Source: Octopus sinensis (lineage: Eukaryota). Taken from it: a stretch of 64,000 bases of DNA. The notes under the pieces are model-generated. The model searched no databases, was not told the DNA's origin, and saw nothing but the letters and a program-made list of their open reading frames with translations. Positions 1 to 13,059 of this stretch are shown one piece after another (within the stretch, counting starts at the first letter, position 1; every line of letters starts with the position of its first letter). The position numbers were made by a program, and so were the translations under genes. The stretch spans positions 20,460,001-20,524,000 of the forward strand of contig NC_043021.1 in NCBI RefSeq assembly GCF_006345805.1. The letters are read 5' to 3'.

Positions 1-106
1 CAACTCGGTTGCTGAATCTTTGAAATGTAATGGAGAATAGATCAGTTTCAAAACCTTCGTGTCCAGGTCACAAAATACAAAGTTTGAAGGGAATAGTAAT
101 CATTTA

Positions 107-534
107 GGTGCAGGAGTGGCTGTGTGGTAAATAGCTTGCTTACCAATCACATGGTTCTGGGTTCAGTTCCACTGCGTGGCACCTTGGGCAAGTGTCTTCT
201 ACTATAGCCTCAGGTCGACCAAAGCCTTGTGAATGGATTTGGTAGATGGAAACTGAAAGAAGCCTGTCATATATATGTATATATATATGTATGTGTGTGT
301 GTATGTTTGTGTGTGTATATGTTTGTGTGTCTGTGTTTGTCCCCCAACATCGCTTGACAACTGATGCTGGTGTGTTTACGCCCCCCGTAACTTAGCGGTT
401 CGGAAAAAGAGACCGACAGAATAAGTACTAGGCTTACAAAGAATAAGTCCCGGTGTCGATTTGCTCGACTAAAGGCGGTGCTCCAGCATGGCCACAGTCA
501 AATGACTGAAACAAGTAAAAGAGTGAAAGAGAGT
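107..534 (+). mobile_element. tRNA-head SINE family A (~400-430 bp, central (TA)n(TG)n, (AAAGAGT)n tail)
   Basis: A-box TGGCTGTGTGG and B-box GGTTCAGT(T)CC. The most abundant repeat here, recalled as an octopus SINE type. Confidence 0.9.
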
Positions 535-1152
535 ATTTCCTTTGATTTCTTGATAGAAGCAAATAGAAAATAACATTTACTGACCAAAGACAAAAAAAAC
601 TATTACAATTTTATTACACAGTGTTATAAAACTGCCTGCGTCAGTTGTTGACTGCCATGACACTGCATCCTTTAAGGCCCTCATGCTTTCCAAAATCCAC
701 CGAAACTACACCTGATTATATATACACTTTAGATGAGTTGTAGTGCACCTGAGCACTGTACACAATTATTATTATTATTATTATTATTATTATCTACACA
801 CACACACAAAGAGACCAAACATAAGACTTACTGTGAAAATACGCAGATCACATCTCCTTCCGTCAAATCATAAGGGAGTCCACCAACAAATATCCAGGCA
901 CTGTCTTTGTACTGGTCGTGCCAAGATTTTTTGCCGACTAAACCCAATTCCAGTTCCTTTTGACCAAGTTTCTGGATGTTCTTCACATTCCTTTAAAGAA
1001 ACAAAAATAAGATATATATATAAATATACATATAAGCAAAACGCACCCTGTCCAATGGACGGTGCTGAGTTGTCAAACACTTAAACCAAATTTTTTCAAA
1101 ACAACTTGTCCGACCGTCCCATAGGCCTCCCCTTTGAGAAACACTGATTTAA

Positions 1153-1374
1153 CCCTTTTGATACCAACCCGGCCAAAACCGCCTCTGGCTCTGTAGTACA
1201 AATATCTTGTTTTCATAAGTTTTGAATTAAAATCTTCCACCAAACCTTAGTCACAATTTATGTTCCTAACACTAGATGAATGATAACTAAGTTATTTTTC
1301 TAAATTCTTTGTTATATTTAAAATTAATTGAAAGAAACACAGAGCATTTCAAAATAAATACGGTAATGAAAGGG
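1153..1374 (+). mobile_element. piggyBac-type MITE family 1
   Basis: TTAA on both sides, CCCTTT...AAAGGG termini, ~220 bp. Confidence 0.85.
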
Positions 1375-1819
1375 TTAACCTAAATTTGAGACACCAGCAA
1401 AAGAAGAAATAAAGATAGACTTTTTTTACTATTCCAAAGAAAAACGATTTTATTCACACAAATATGCAACCGATGAGTTTAAAGCACCAGTAATGGATAA
1501 GGCTGTTGACTGGGAGAACACAAACATGGTTTAAACAGTAAGCTTGGCAGGAAAGAAACGTGCCTTTAAGCAGTACATAAACAACAAAAAATGGAAGGTG
1601 CAGTTATGTACAGGTTGACGGAAGAAAAGCAGGACAAAAACGGCTTTATCGATCGCATTCTCACCTGAAATCGATTTTTGTAATTTTTTAAAGACTTATA
1701 CATGCCCTGATACCGTTGGTATCTACATATCAAATTTGATGGAGGATACTCGAGATCGTAGAAGACACACATACAGGCAGACAGAATGGATTTTATATAA
1801 TAGATATATAGTTACAGGC

Positions 1820-2229
1820 GTTAGTTAGTTAGTTAATTTGGCTCAAAAGCAAATAGCAAGGCCATGTAGGGGGACATGGAGTTAAGTACAGGGTGGTGTT
1901 CGTGTAAAGAGTTCAGGCCACTTGAGGTCAAGGGAGGCTTTGAACAAAGCGGTCGTCGACATCTTCACCATCTCGTCTGGCAGCTTGTTCCACGGATCCG
2001 CAACCCGGACAGAGAAAGCTCCTCTCCTTGGATTGAGATGAAATCGTCGCAGGTAGAGCTTTTCGGAATGACCCCGCAGCCGACGCTCTGGAGCAGGAGT
2101 GAAGAACAGCTCTTTTGAGAGGTTACACTTTCCGCTTATGATGTTGTGGGCGAGAATGAGATCACCACGGTGGCGGCGTTTTTCTAGAGAATAAAGGTCG
2201 AGCGTCCTCAGCCTTTCTTCATAGGACAA
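1820..2229 (-). mobile_element. CR1-like LINE 3' end, family 1
   Basis: LYSLEKRRHRGDLI...FSVRVADPWNKLP...FKASLD with a (TAAC)n tail. Confidence 0.88.
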
Positions 2230-2638
2230 ATTACAGAAATGACTGTGTGTTCAGAAGTTTGCTTTTCAACCACATGGTTCTGGACTCAGTCCTACTGTGT
2301 GGCACCTTGGGTAAGTGTCTTCTACTATAGCTTCAGGCTGACCAAAGCCTTGTCAGTAGATCTGGTAGAGGGAAACTGAAAGTAGCCAGTCGTATATGTA
2401 TATGTCTTTGTGTCTGTGTTTGTCCAACACCATTACTTGACAACTGGTGTTGGTGTCTCAGGGCTACACTGATACTTTGGCATCACCTCCTTCAAGAGAT
2501 TTCTTAGTTGATTATATTTATCTCTTCTATTTACGGAACAACTGAATTCACCTTTGCATAAAGCGACATAACACAGTAAGGAAGTTTGTTCAATGATGTG
2601 ATGATGATACATGTGATGAACCAGATATATATGATGAG

Positions 2639-2641
<3 letters not shown>

Positions 2642-2689
<48 letters not shown>

Positions 2690-2975
2690 TAAATAAATGG
2701 GGTTTAACGCAGGTGTAAATCAAATATTTTTACTTTCGACACATGTTTCGAAAATTCCACTGATACTATTCAAAAGAATAAATGGTATAAACAATGCAAT
2801 TTTCTCTTCAGGAAAGTGAAAAAAACACGAAGTTTCTACCTTTATAAACAAGGAGTTACAACCTCTTTACTTGTGAGATTTTTGCTACCCTGGTAACTAT
2901 TTATTTATTTTTTCTGTGTTAATTGTTAACAAGGTAAAAATACACTCATCTATATATATCTATATATATATATCT
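2642..2975 (-). mobile_element. Short hammerhead-bearing non-autonomous retroelement (Penelope/retrozyme-like)
   Basis: Bounded by (TA)n tracts and a 15-bp direct repeat, atatatgatgagctg (2627-2641) and atatctgatgagctg (2976-2990). No ORF. Confidence 0.6.
2732..2817 (-). ncRNA. Type I hammerhead ribozyme with an intact core
   Basis: Minus strand: ACUUUC-CUGAAGA-GAAAAUU(41-nt loop)AAUUUUC-GAAA-CAUGU-GUC^GAAAGU. Stem I is 6 bp perfect, stem II is 7 bp, and all core nucleotides are present. Confidence 0.85.
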
Positions 2976-4099
2976 ATATCTGATGAGCTGCTGTTTACCA
3001 AAATTCACAATGCATTTGTTTCTAGTTAACCTGAGATTCAGACAGAAGACACTTGCTTAAGATGTGAAGTGTAACCAAACTTGGAAATATGTGGTTAGGG
3101 AATTGTACTTTTTAACCACACAGCCCATGCCTGTATAATAATTACAACTAATTAATTAATATAAGAGTGATGTATGTACATGAATAATGTGTTCAAAGAA
3201 GTGAGAAGAAAGAGAAACAGGGAATGTAGATGGAGAGAGAGAGAGAGAGAAGGGGGGGGAGAAAGAGTAAGAATGGAGATTCAATATATGACCAACAGAT
3301 GAGAAAACAATGCTATTTCATTTGCCAATTAGAGAAAATGTCATGTTGACATATTAGTTAATCTTTAGCATGCTTAGGCACATTGTATCACATTGAAAGG
3401 GAGAAAACTCACGTGGCGACATGCTGCACCTACAGCATGCTAAAGGTTAACTCATTATTATCATTTCATCGTCTACATTTCCATGCTATCATAGGTCAGA
3501 TGCAGAGTTGGACTTAATGTATGGGCCAATACAAGCCATTGCTCAGGAGCCCCTTTAACTCAAAGGTTGGAGTTTAAATTTTTTAAAAATATTTATAGCA
3601 AAGAAACAAATAATTCGTAATTCTTTTTTACTTGTTTAAATGTTTTTTCATTCAATACAGTTTTATTAAATTCATTAAACACTCTTTTGATTTATTAGGT
3701 CATCTTAGAGCTAAAAACCCCATTAAATTTAACTGAGTCCCCCTGAATCCACCAAGGCCATTTTAAGTTTTTGGGGCCACTTCAAACTGTTTGGGATCCC
3801 CAGATGAAATGAAGCACTCTTTATTATCTTATGTTTTGAATTAGCAATATCGTAGAGGTCCCACTAGACCTACATCCAGCCCTGGTCAGATTAGAGTACA
3901 CTGAAGTAGAATTTTCTATAGCTGGATGCTCTTCCAGTCACCAACCACCCCTTATTTTCAATCAGGGTAATAATCTACCTAACAGCTTGGACATGGTTTA
4001 TGCAGAGAAATGCAAACAGATAACTGTATTAATGAGACCTTATTTACTAAGGTCACACAACATGTCCAGATATGTCGTGACATATGGACATGCTTTTGT

Positions 4100-4520
4100 A
4101 GTTGAGGCCATTGATATGAAATGTATTTAAGATATACATTGGGAAATGTTCATGAATGTCAGCTAATGTTAAAAGGAAAAAGATCACGAATACAAGCAGC
4201 TGAAATGGGGTTTCTCCAAAGGACTTTTGGAGTAATGCTACTTCAGAAGGTGCATAACTCAGAGAGAAGGGAGTCTCACCAGATTGAGCTGCTATTTCTC
4301 TGCACTGAGAGGCCACAGCTCCAGTTTTTTTACAGACACAGGACTAGAGTGTAGTAGGAAAGAATTGTAAGACAGATTCTTCTCGGTGGATCAAGAAAAA
4401 AACTAAGGACAATATCCATAGCCTCAGCTGGTCACATTTGAGAATCAGCAGGAATGTCTAATGACAGTTGCTCCTGATAGGACCCCATGGAGGAGATGCA
4501 TGACCCTCCCAGGAATAGTG
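4100..4520 (+). mobile_element. Old RTE-clade LINE 3' fragment
   Basis: RSRIQAAEMGFLQRTFGV...IELLFLCTERPQLQ matches the RTE post-RT region. Confidence 0.7.
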
Positions 4521-4670
4521 GGCTGAAAAATAGACGGGAAGCAAACTGTGTGATAAGCTACACAACTACATCTGTGCCTAAACAGGAAAATGATGCATCA
4601 GCCACGATAAATTTTGTTTTAATCAACTTATTGTTAATAAGATTTTCATTGAGATGCTTGAATATATATA

Positions 4671-5115
4671 CTAGCAGTATAGCCCGGCGTTGCTCGGGTT
4701 TGTTTTTTAGTTGCACTTAAAACGGCAGACTTTGATGTCACATTAACAAAGTTTTGACATAGTTTCAATCTTTTTTGAAAAGTAAAAATTTTGCATTGTA
4801 CAGCTTGTTATTCTCTTTAAGTGAACATTTTTCTGGTTGAAATACACCGAAAAATGGCGAGACAGCAGTAAAAAAATCATAAAAAATAGGGATTTTCATT
4901 AAAAAAAAAAGCACTCTTTTGATGTAAATAATTTTTGGTCTTAACATGGTCCGATTTGAAATTTTTCTTCTACGGAATGAAGAGCAAGCCTTCTTCTATC
5001 ATACTCTCAATATTGGTCAGCTTGCGCCGCAGGGTCTTGGAGGAGATAGTGTTAGTTGAAGGCTACCAAACCTGCCACACACACACACAGATAACTTCAG
5101 CTTTATATGTATAGA
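4671..5115 (-). mobile_element. Non-autonomous Helitron
   Basis: 5'-TC and CTAG-3' ends between host A and T. Subterminal hairpin CCCGAGCAACGCCGGG (4683-4698). Confidence 0.85.
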
Positions 5116-5472
5116 TATATATATATAATAGAGAGTGTGATGGTAAACAGGGAGCCAGAAGCTATCTGAGAAAGTTAATCCTTTTGTGTTCGCATTATTC
5201 TACCAAAATTAATCCTTTTTTATCCACATTGCCTTGAACTAATCATGCATTATCTTGTAGCTATGAGATTCTAATGAGGTAGCTGTTAATTTTTAAAATG
5301 ATATTGTAGGGTTGGTGTGAGAGACCAGATCTGGCCAGTTTGAACATAAAACAGGCAGAATACTTTTGGCTGGATATGGCCGGTTTAAATGCTAAAGGGT
5401 TAAATAAAAGGTTTTAGCTCTAACTTTCAGTAATTCATGTGCACAAGAAAGACAGGACATTGAGACATATAT

Positions 5473-5890
5473 AGGTGCAGGTGTGGTTGGGTGATAAAGA
5501 GGCTTGCTTCCCAACCACATGGTTCTGGGTTCAATCCCACTGTGGACCTTGGGCAAATGACTTCTACTATAGCCTTGTGAGCAGATTTAATAGATGGAAA
5601 TCGAAAGAAACCAGTTGTATATATGTGTGTAAATATATATATACACATATATACACACACACATAATATGTATGTATATGTGTGTATGTGTCCGTTTGTC
5701 CCCCACCATCACTTAATTGATGTTGGTGTCTTTATGTCACTGTAACTTAGCGGTTTGGCAAAAGAGACTGATAGAATAAGTATCAGTCTTTAACAAAAAA
5801 AAAAGTACAAGGTCGATTGGTGTGACTAAAATTCTTCCAGATGGTGCCCCAGCATGGCCACAGTCTAATGACTGAAACAAGTAAAAGACT
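5473..5890 (+). mobile_element. SINE family A
   Basis: Full-length, diverged copy. Confidence 0.85.
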
Positions 5891-6165
5891 AGAATGTCTC
5901 TGATAATAGTTACGTTGGATCAGGGTTCACTCAGACCTAAACAACAAGAAGATGTGGTTGGAGTAAGAATACAAATAAACATCACTGGTCATCATAAACC
6001 GACTTTACAAGAAGCGGGACCATGATTTTAGGTCCACTGTAGTGGTGCCTTGTTGCATTTCTGGACATAGTTTGCCCAGCTATTAGGAAAATGTACCTTA
6101 TTATATGTGATGTACCACCAACAGAGTTGTCACATTGTTAGATAGCATAAAAAAATTAAAAAATG

Positions 6166-6407
6166 AGCCCTTTTCAAGCCTAGCCAGGCTCATGGGCCCG
6201 GTTTCCCGGATTCTATGGCGTATGTGTTACCCAGGTGGACAGGATGCCAGTCCATGGCAGCGTTACTCATTTTTGTCAGCTGAGTGGACTGGAGCAACGT
6301 GAAACGAAGTGTTTTGCTCAAGAACACGTGTCGCCCAGTCCAGGAATCGAAACCACAATCTTACGATCATGATGCTGACAACCTAAACACTAAGCCACAC
6401 GCCTCCA
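6166..6407 (-). mobile_element. tRNA-head SINE family C (Meta-like central domain)
   Basis: Head GGAGGCGTGTGGCTTAGTG and box GTGTTCTTGAGCAAAACACTT...GCTCCAGTCCACTCAGCTG. Confidence 0.8.
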
Positions 6408-7333
6408 CTGTTAGATAGCATGCTTTGCGATATTTCTTTAGACTCTTAGAGCTTTGAGTTCAAGCCCCACTAAGGTCGACTATCTTTCATCCTTTCAGTG
6501 ATGGATTAGCAGAATTGTCAGAGCATGATAGAGGATGCTTCATGGTATTTTCCCCGAGTTCAAATCCCACCCCCCTGTCATGAGGGGTGGGATGGGGAGA
6601 GGAAAGAACCCCAGCAATATTTTTGTTAGGAGTTGTGATCAACAGGTAACATGAGAACTGGAGAAACGAACAGAAGCATAGTATCCTTGGTTTGATCAGA
6701 ATACCAGCTGTGACCACCCCCAACAAATCATTAAACTCTTAGTAATGACAGACTTCATCATCATCATCATCGTTTAGCGTCCGCTTTCCATGCTGGCATG
6801 GGTTGGACGGTGCAACTGGGGTCTGGGAAGCAAGAAGGCTGCACCAGGCCCAGTCTGATCTGGCAATGATTCTACGGCTGGATGCCCTTCCAAACGCCAA
6901 CCACTCCATGAGTGTAGAGGGTGCTTTTTACGTGCCACCGGCATGAGTGGATAGCAGAGCTGGTAGAATACCATGCAAAATGCCTTGAGATTTTTATGGG
7001 CTGCCCAGGTTTCATAAATAGCCACTGTCAGAAAAAAATACTGCAGTCAATGCTACTGACCATATTCTTGTCAAAGAATCTACGTAAGAAATACTGTTTT
7101 ACGATTTGGGGTGCTGCTGCTACAAAGCACACAAGCATCAAAATGAAAGCCATCAGACTGAACAGCAAAGATTCCCACAGCAGCACATTGTAGTATCTGG
7201 CCCAAAGATGCAACGTCTCCCTTCTCTGCCCTATTTTGTTATTACTACTATGCTTCTGCTCCTCTGAAGTAGCTCATTGCATATCACCTTCATCAGTTTT
7301 CTCCTCTTTATGATACCTCTACTATATCTCACG

Positions 7334-7604
7334 TGGAGGCACACGGCCTAGTGGTTAGAGCAGCGGACTCACAGTCAAGGGATCGCAGGTTTGAATCTCA
7401 TACCAGGCGATGTGTGTGTTTATGGGTGAAACACCTAAGCTCCACGCGGCTCCGGCTGAAGGTAATGGCGAACTTCTGCTGACTCTTTCACTACAACTTT
7501 CTCTCACTCTTTCCTCCTGCATCTTGCAGCCCATCTGCGATGGATCTGGAAACCGGACCTTATGAGCCAGGCATGGCTTGAGAAGGAACAAAAAAAAAAA
7601 AACT
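7334..7604 (+). mobile_element. tRNA-head SINE with an A-tail, related to family C
   Basis: GGCCTAGTGGTTAGAG...GGTTTGAATC head, 3' end shared with family C, poly(A). Confidence 0.7.
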
Positions 7605-8119
7605 ATATCTCACACTTCAGGGCATGCTACTTATCTCACCCCACCCGTCCTTCAACACCACCAGAGCTTTAACTCTCTGAAATTTATACTCCATTCACAT
7701 TTTCCCAGTAGACATTCACTTTCAAATGTTCAATTCAACATAAACCAGATTGATTGTTCTCTCTCGTCTCTCAGAAAGCCTACAAAGACTAGAAGAGGGA
7801 AGAACCCTTTTGTAGGAAGTAAACACTAAAAGAATAATAACCCCTGTCCCCTCTTATCTGCTTCATGCAATGAAACTGTAGCAAGCTGTCAGCCTTCAAG
7901 AAGCTCTTGTGAAACAGGACACAGTTCCTATTTCATCATATGCATAAGATGACATAGATATTTCATGTTATAAATTATTAGGGTAGCTGAATTAATAGGT
8001 TAATTTATTTATAATTATATTGCTAATTATAAGTTTTTAACAGGCCTTATCACCGGTTCAGTTCATTTCCCATGTCAAAAGTGTTTGTGCAAATCAGGCA
8101 GATTAAATACAACAAAGTA

Positions 8120-9395
8120 TTGGGTCATCCCATAAATAATGCAGTTTTTTTTCAATTGCATGAACCAAAAAGTCAGTGGGGAACAGGATAGACTACTTGC
8201 ATCAACTTCCTATAAAAGCAGGTAGTAATTTTATCTTGTCCTTATTCTTAGTGTAAGTTTTGAAGAGTGCAGTTCAATTCTAACAGTTATTTTTTCAAAG
8301 CTATAGTGGAAGTGAAGGAGCATACTCAGCATATTTTGATTTGTGAGTTCAATAAAGGCAACAATGCAATGGAAAGTGCAAGGAATATTAATTATGGAGT
8401 TCAGACAATAAGTGTAAGCAAGTGACAATGGTGGTTTCAGAAATTCTGAGCTAGAAACTACAGCCTAGAAGACAAGCCTCATCCTGGAAGATCTGTAGAG
8501 CTTGATGAGGACATCCTGTAAACCCTGGTGGAATAAAAAAAAACACCATGGTAACTGTTGAGGAACTAACAGAGAAGCTTGAATCCGGTCATTCAACCAT
8601 TCATCAACACCTGCGTGCCATTGGAAAAGTCAGCAAATTGGGTCAATGGGTTCCTCACAAACTTTCCAAGTCTAATTGTGTGCAGAGAGTGAATGTGTGC
8701 TCTTCTTTGCTGGTACATCTCATGAATGAACCTCTTTTGGATTGAATAGTGACTGGTGATGAGAAATGGGTTCTCTATAAAAATGTAAAGTGCCAAAGAC
8801 TGTGGGTAGGGAAAAGGAGAAACACTAGCACTCCAGGCTAAAGAAGATCTTCATCCATATAAGGTGTTATTATCTGTTTGGTGGGATATGAAAGGTTTAG
8901 TCCACTTTGAACTTTTAAATCAAAACCAAATGATAACAAATGAGATCTACTGTGAGCAGCTTGAGTGGTTTCATCAGCGCTAGAAGACAAACGACCATCT
9001 TTGGTTTCAAATTAAAGGTTTTCTTCCATCAGGATAATGCTTGGTCACATACAGTGAGGATGACATTCCAAAGGCTGGAGCAGTTTGAATGGGAAATGAT
9101 ACCCCACCCACGATATTCACTGGACACTGACCCATCTGATTATCATTTATTCTGCAAAATCATTTGGACTGAAAAATATGAAGTCTGTAGATGAGGTCAG
9201 AACAGTACTGGAAGAGTATTTTTTGTTATGGACAAGTGAATTTTGGAAGAGGGGCCTTGCAAGTTTACCAGATACAAGGAAGAGCATTGTAGAAAATGAA
9301 GGAGAGTATATTTTAGATTAAAAAAGAACTTTATCTTAATTTTGAAAAATAAAATATGTATTAAAAAAAAATGCATTATTTACAGGACGACCCAA
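8120..9395 (+). mobile_element. Full-length decayed mariner (DD34D) transposon
   Basis: TA-flanked TIRs ttgggtcatcccataaataatgc and gcattatttacaggacgacccaa. Remnant transposase motifs LGQWVPH, IVTGDEKWVLY, FHQDNAWSH and HPRYSLDTDPSDYHLF, with stops and frameshifts. Confidence 0.92.
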
Positions 9396-10551
9396 TATTT
9401 TGTGCAATGCATCAATGTACCTATACACACAAGCCAGCCATCTCTGCTTACTATTCCTGTGAGGACTGTGGGGGGCAGAGTCCTCAGGTACCTTCCTCAA
9501 CAGAAGTAAATGTCAGCCTTTCCAACTAGATTTCCAAGTGTCACCAACTGAGACTATGGATATTATTCAACCATCTTGTTCTTGGTCTGCCCCATCTTCA
9601 AGAATCCATCTTGGGATCGTTTTTTGTGACATTCTAATCACACACACACACAATGGCATCCTGCGTGGTTCCCCATTATCAAATTTCACAAAGTATTGGT
9701 TATCCCAGGGTGATAGTGGAAGACACTGTACTTACTACCGTGCAGCGAGATCAAATCAGAAAGCACATAATTGCAAAACAAACATTTATGCACACAGCCA
9801 TGGCTGTCCCTGACATGAAACTACGAGTCTACCAAGATGTAGCAGAATGGTGATACTAACAGAAACACAAATCAATATATAGATTAACAATAGAGGCATT
9901 ATTAATACTGAGAGGTAATATTTATCCCCACCTGAATGTGGACGTTAGAAAAACTATACTGCGGTAGATATCATGAGATAAACCCTCACATTAGCTTTTG
10001 GTACAAAATGCTCGGTCATTAATATTTTTTAACAAGCTCACCCGGTTAATTGTAACACCAGTGCTTGTTCTGGCACTGTTTTGTTTTATATTATCACTAA
10101 CAGAGACAGGCTGCTATTTCTAGCGGCTGAGCATTCATCATTGGACAAGAAAGGTTGAAATTGTGATCTGGTGGTCTTGGTACTGGAGATAAATCAATAA
10201 AATTAAACAATCTATTTTATACTCAAATATAATTTAAATATATATACTATTAAGTACCTATTATTTCTCTGATATTTAAATCATCATCATCATCATCATT
10301 TAGCGTCTGCTTTCCATGCTGGCATGGGTTGGACGGTGCGACTGGGGTCTGGGAAGCCAGAAGGCTGCACCAGGCCCAGTCTGATCTGGCAATGTTTCTA
10401 CGGCTGGATGCCCTTCCTAACGCCAACCACTCCATGAGTGTAGTGGTTGCTTTTTACGTGCCACCGGCACAGGTGCCAGAGGAGGCTGGCAAACGGCCAT
10501 GGTTGGATGGTGCTTTTTACGTGCCTACACAAATACACAAAAAGAAATTAA

Positions 10552-10771
10552 CCCTTTCATTACCAACCTGGCTGAAACCGACTCTGGCTGTGAGTACAAA
10601 TGTTTTGTTTACATAAGTTTTGAATTAAAATATTCCACCAAACCTTAGTCACAATTTATGTTCCTAACACTAGCTGAATGATAACTAAGCTATTTTACTA
10701 AATTCTTTGTTATAGTTAAAGTAACTGAAAGAAACACAGAGCATCTCAAAATAAATACGGTAACGAAAGGG
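10552..10771 (+). mobile_element. piggyBac-type MITE family 1
   Basis: TTAA TSD and CCCTTTC...GAAAGGG TIRs. Confidence 0.88.
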
Positions 10772-10784
10772 TTAATATATATAT

Positions 10785-11165
10785 TAGGAGTGGCTGTATG
10801 GTAAGTAGCTTGTTTATGAACCACAAGGTTCCGGGTTCAGTCCCACTGCGTGGCACCTTGGGCAAGTGCCTTCTACTATAGCCTCGGGCCGACCAAAGCC
10901 TTGTGAGTGGATTTGATAGACGGAAACTGAAAGAAGCCCGTCGTATATATGTATATATATATATGCGTGTGTGTGTTTGTCCCTCTAGCATTGCTTGACA
11001 ACCGATGCTGGTGTGTCTATGTCCCCGTTACTTAGCAGTTCGGCAAAATAGACCGATAGAATAAGTACTGGGCTTACAAAAGAATAAGTCCTGGGGTCGA
11101 GTTGCTCGACTAAAGGCGGTGCTCCAGCATGGCCGCAGTCAAATGACTGAAACAAGTAAAAGAGT
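10785..11165 (+). mobile_element. SINE family A
   Basis: Near-consensus full-length copy. Confidence 0.9.
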
Positions 11166-11951
11166 ATATTTCCCTGCTTGTGATATAAAACAAAAGTGCA
11201 ATTTGAACCAAAAACCAGCAAGAGAGTTTCTCTCGTGATATCTACTGCAGTATAGTTTGTTCTAACAGAGCGTTCATGTTTAAGTGGGGATAAGTATAAC
11301 AAATCAATGACACATTCCTCATCCCTAATTCAATCAAAACAAACTATGTAAATCAATACTCCAACACCACTACACACCTTTCCATTCATACCACTCACTT
11401 GACAGCTCTTTGGTCATTCTGTGGGTTTTAAACCCAAACCCAGCCTACAAATCCAAATTAAGGATTTTTGTTTTCCCTGTGGAAGGATTTTCAGTAACGA
11501 TGGTAATCAAAGGTTTTTAAATGAAAGACATTCAATGATTACAATGACAGATTAAATTGATTTAACCCTTTTAATACCAGCCATCTTATCATCATCATTT
11601 TAACATCTGCTCTTCCATGCTTGCATGGATGGAATTTGTTGAGGTGGATTTCTATGGTTGAATGCCCTTCCTGGTGCCAACCTCCACTATTTCTAAAATA
11701 ATATAATATTTACCCATAACCAGGCGTATTTTCACTGAAGATTGGGAATGAAAAACAGTAGTTGTAGGATAGTAACATTTGTTTATAACCATCATGCGAT
11801 ATCAAGGCAAGGAGACAGTGACACACACAACAGGTTTTTTTTCAATTTCTGTCTACCAAATTAACTCACAGGGCTTGCCCCATAGCCACACTTGCACCAT
11901 TTAAGGTTATTCATTCTTGGGCTCGTGTTACCAGCCTCCCTGAGAGTACCG

Positions 11952-12196
11952 TGAGGGGTGCTGAAAAGTTCCTGGCTTTTAGGATATTGTGAAAGGCTTG
12001 GTTAGAGGCCCAACCTTCTGAGTTCTTTTACAGGGCTTAGAAAAACTGAAGGAATTTTACAGGGCTTAGAAAAACTTAAGGACTGCTGCAATAAGTGTGT
12101 GAATCTGAGAGGGGAAATATGTTGAATAAAGTCATAATTAACTGATTCTCCTACATTTTCTTTTACCCAAACTAGGAACTTTTCAGCACACCCTCA
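11952..12196 (+). mobile_element. Internally deleted mariner derivative (MITE)
   Basis: TIRs tgaggggtgctgaaaagttcct and aggaacttttcagcacaccctca. Retains the transposase C-terminal tip GLEKLKDCCNKCVNLRGxYVE. Confidence 0.8.
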
Positions 12197-13059
12197 TACT
12201 AGGCTAAGATTACAACCCACTTGAAACTACATTTAGTTTGATGTTACTAACACACTGCAGACAACTCCTAATCTCATATTAGCAACCTACCCAAGGCTGT
12301 CCCTGATGGTATGATACCCAATCTACCAGAGAGAAGCCTTGATCCAGGGTCACCATACCATCTGACACTGTCTTTAGTTCAATATTATCAGCCTGGGTCC
12401 CATGTCACTGAACCACTAGAGATGTTCATAGTTCCAAGTTACCAATCCACATTGAAATATTCTTATAAAGTCCCACAACTGAAATATTATTATATAAACA
12501 AAGATAGGCATAGGCGTGGCTGTGTGGTAAGAAGTTTGCTTCCCAACAAGGTTCCAGGTTCAGTCTCACTGCGTGACATCTTGGACAAGTGTCTTCTACA
12601 GATTTGAGCCAACCAAAACCTTGTGAGTAGAGCTAAGGGCTTCATCATCACCTTATAGTTTCCTCAGTGCTTCTAAAGAGAAATGCAAGTTTACCTGGGA
12701 AAATATTTACGTACATGGAAAAGATCACTGTTCTAAATACAAAAATTAAGTATAGCATTTGAAGGATAAAAGCTGCTGCTAGGAATACGTAGATTTTGAT
12801 AATCTTGTGTATATATATATATGTACAAACACAGGTGCATAATGAACACCTATATAAATGAATATTCATACAGATACATAAAAAATACATAGAACATATA
12901 TCACTGGAGAACAAGGTTTTGTTGTCTGGTGTTAGCAGCATGTTTCCTAGTAATTTTGGGGTGCTCATTTCAAAAATGAAATCCATTTTCTATCACATGA
13001 AGATTTTTCACAAACTCAAATGACCATTTTTTACCATATCTAAGGATAGAATTGGTTAA

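Noticed and set aside
107-200. tRNA-like heads of SINEs as tRNA genes
   Set aside because: They have A/B boxes but no complete cloverleaf and continue into SINE bodies.
9480-9853. ORFs 9538-9813 and 9653-9853
   Set aside because: They overlap a decayed minus-strand LINE 3' end (RPRTRWLNNI motif) and a (CA)n tract. No splice support.
12970-13039. Apparent minus-strand terminal exon YGKKWSFEFVKNLHVIENGFHF*, phase-compatible with 16178-16301
   Set aside because: It coincides with the Chapaev-like subterminal sequence, so it is more simply transposon DNA.
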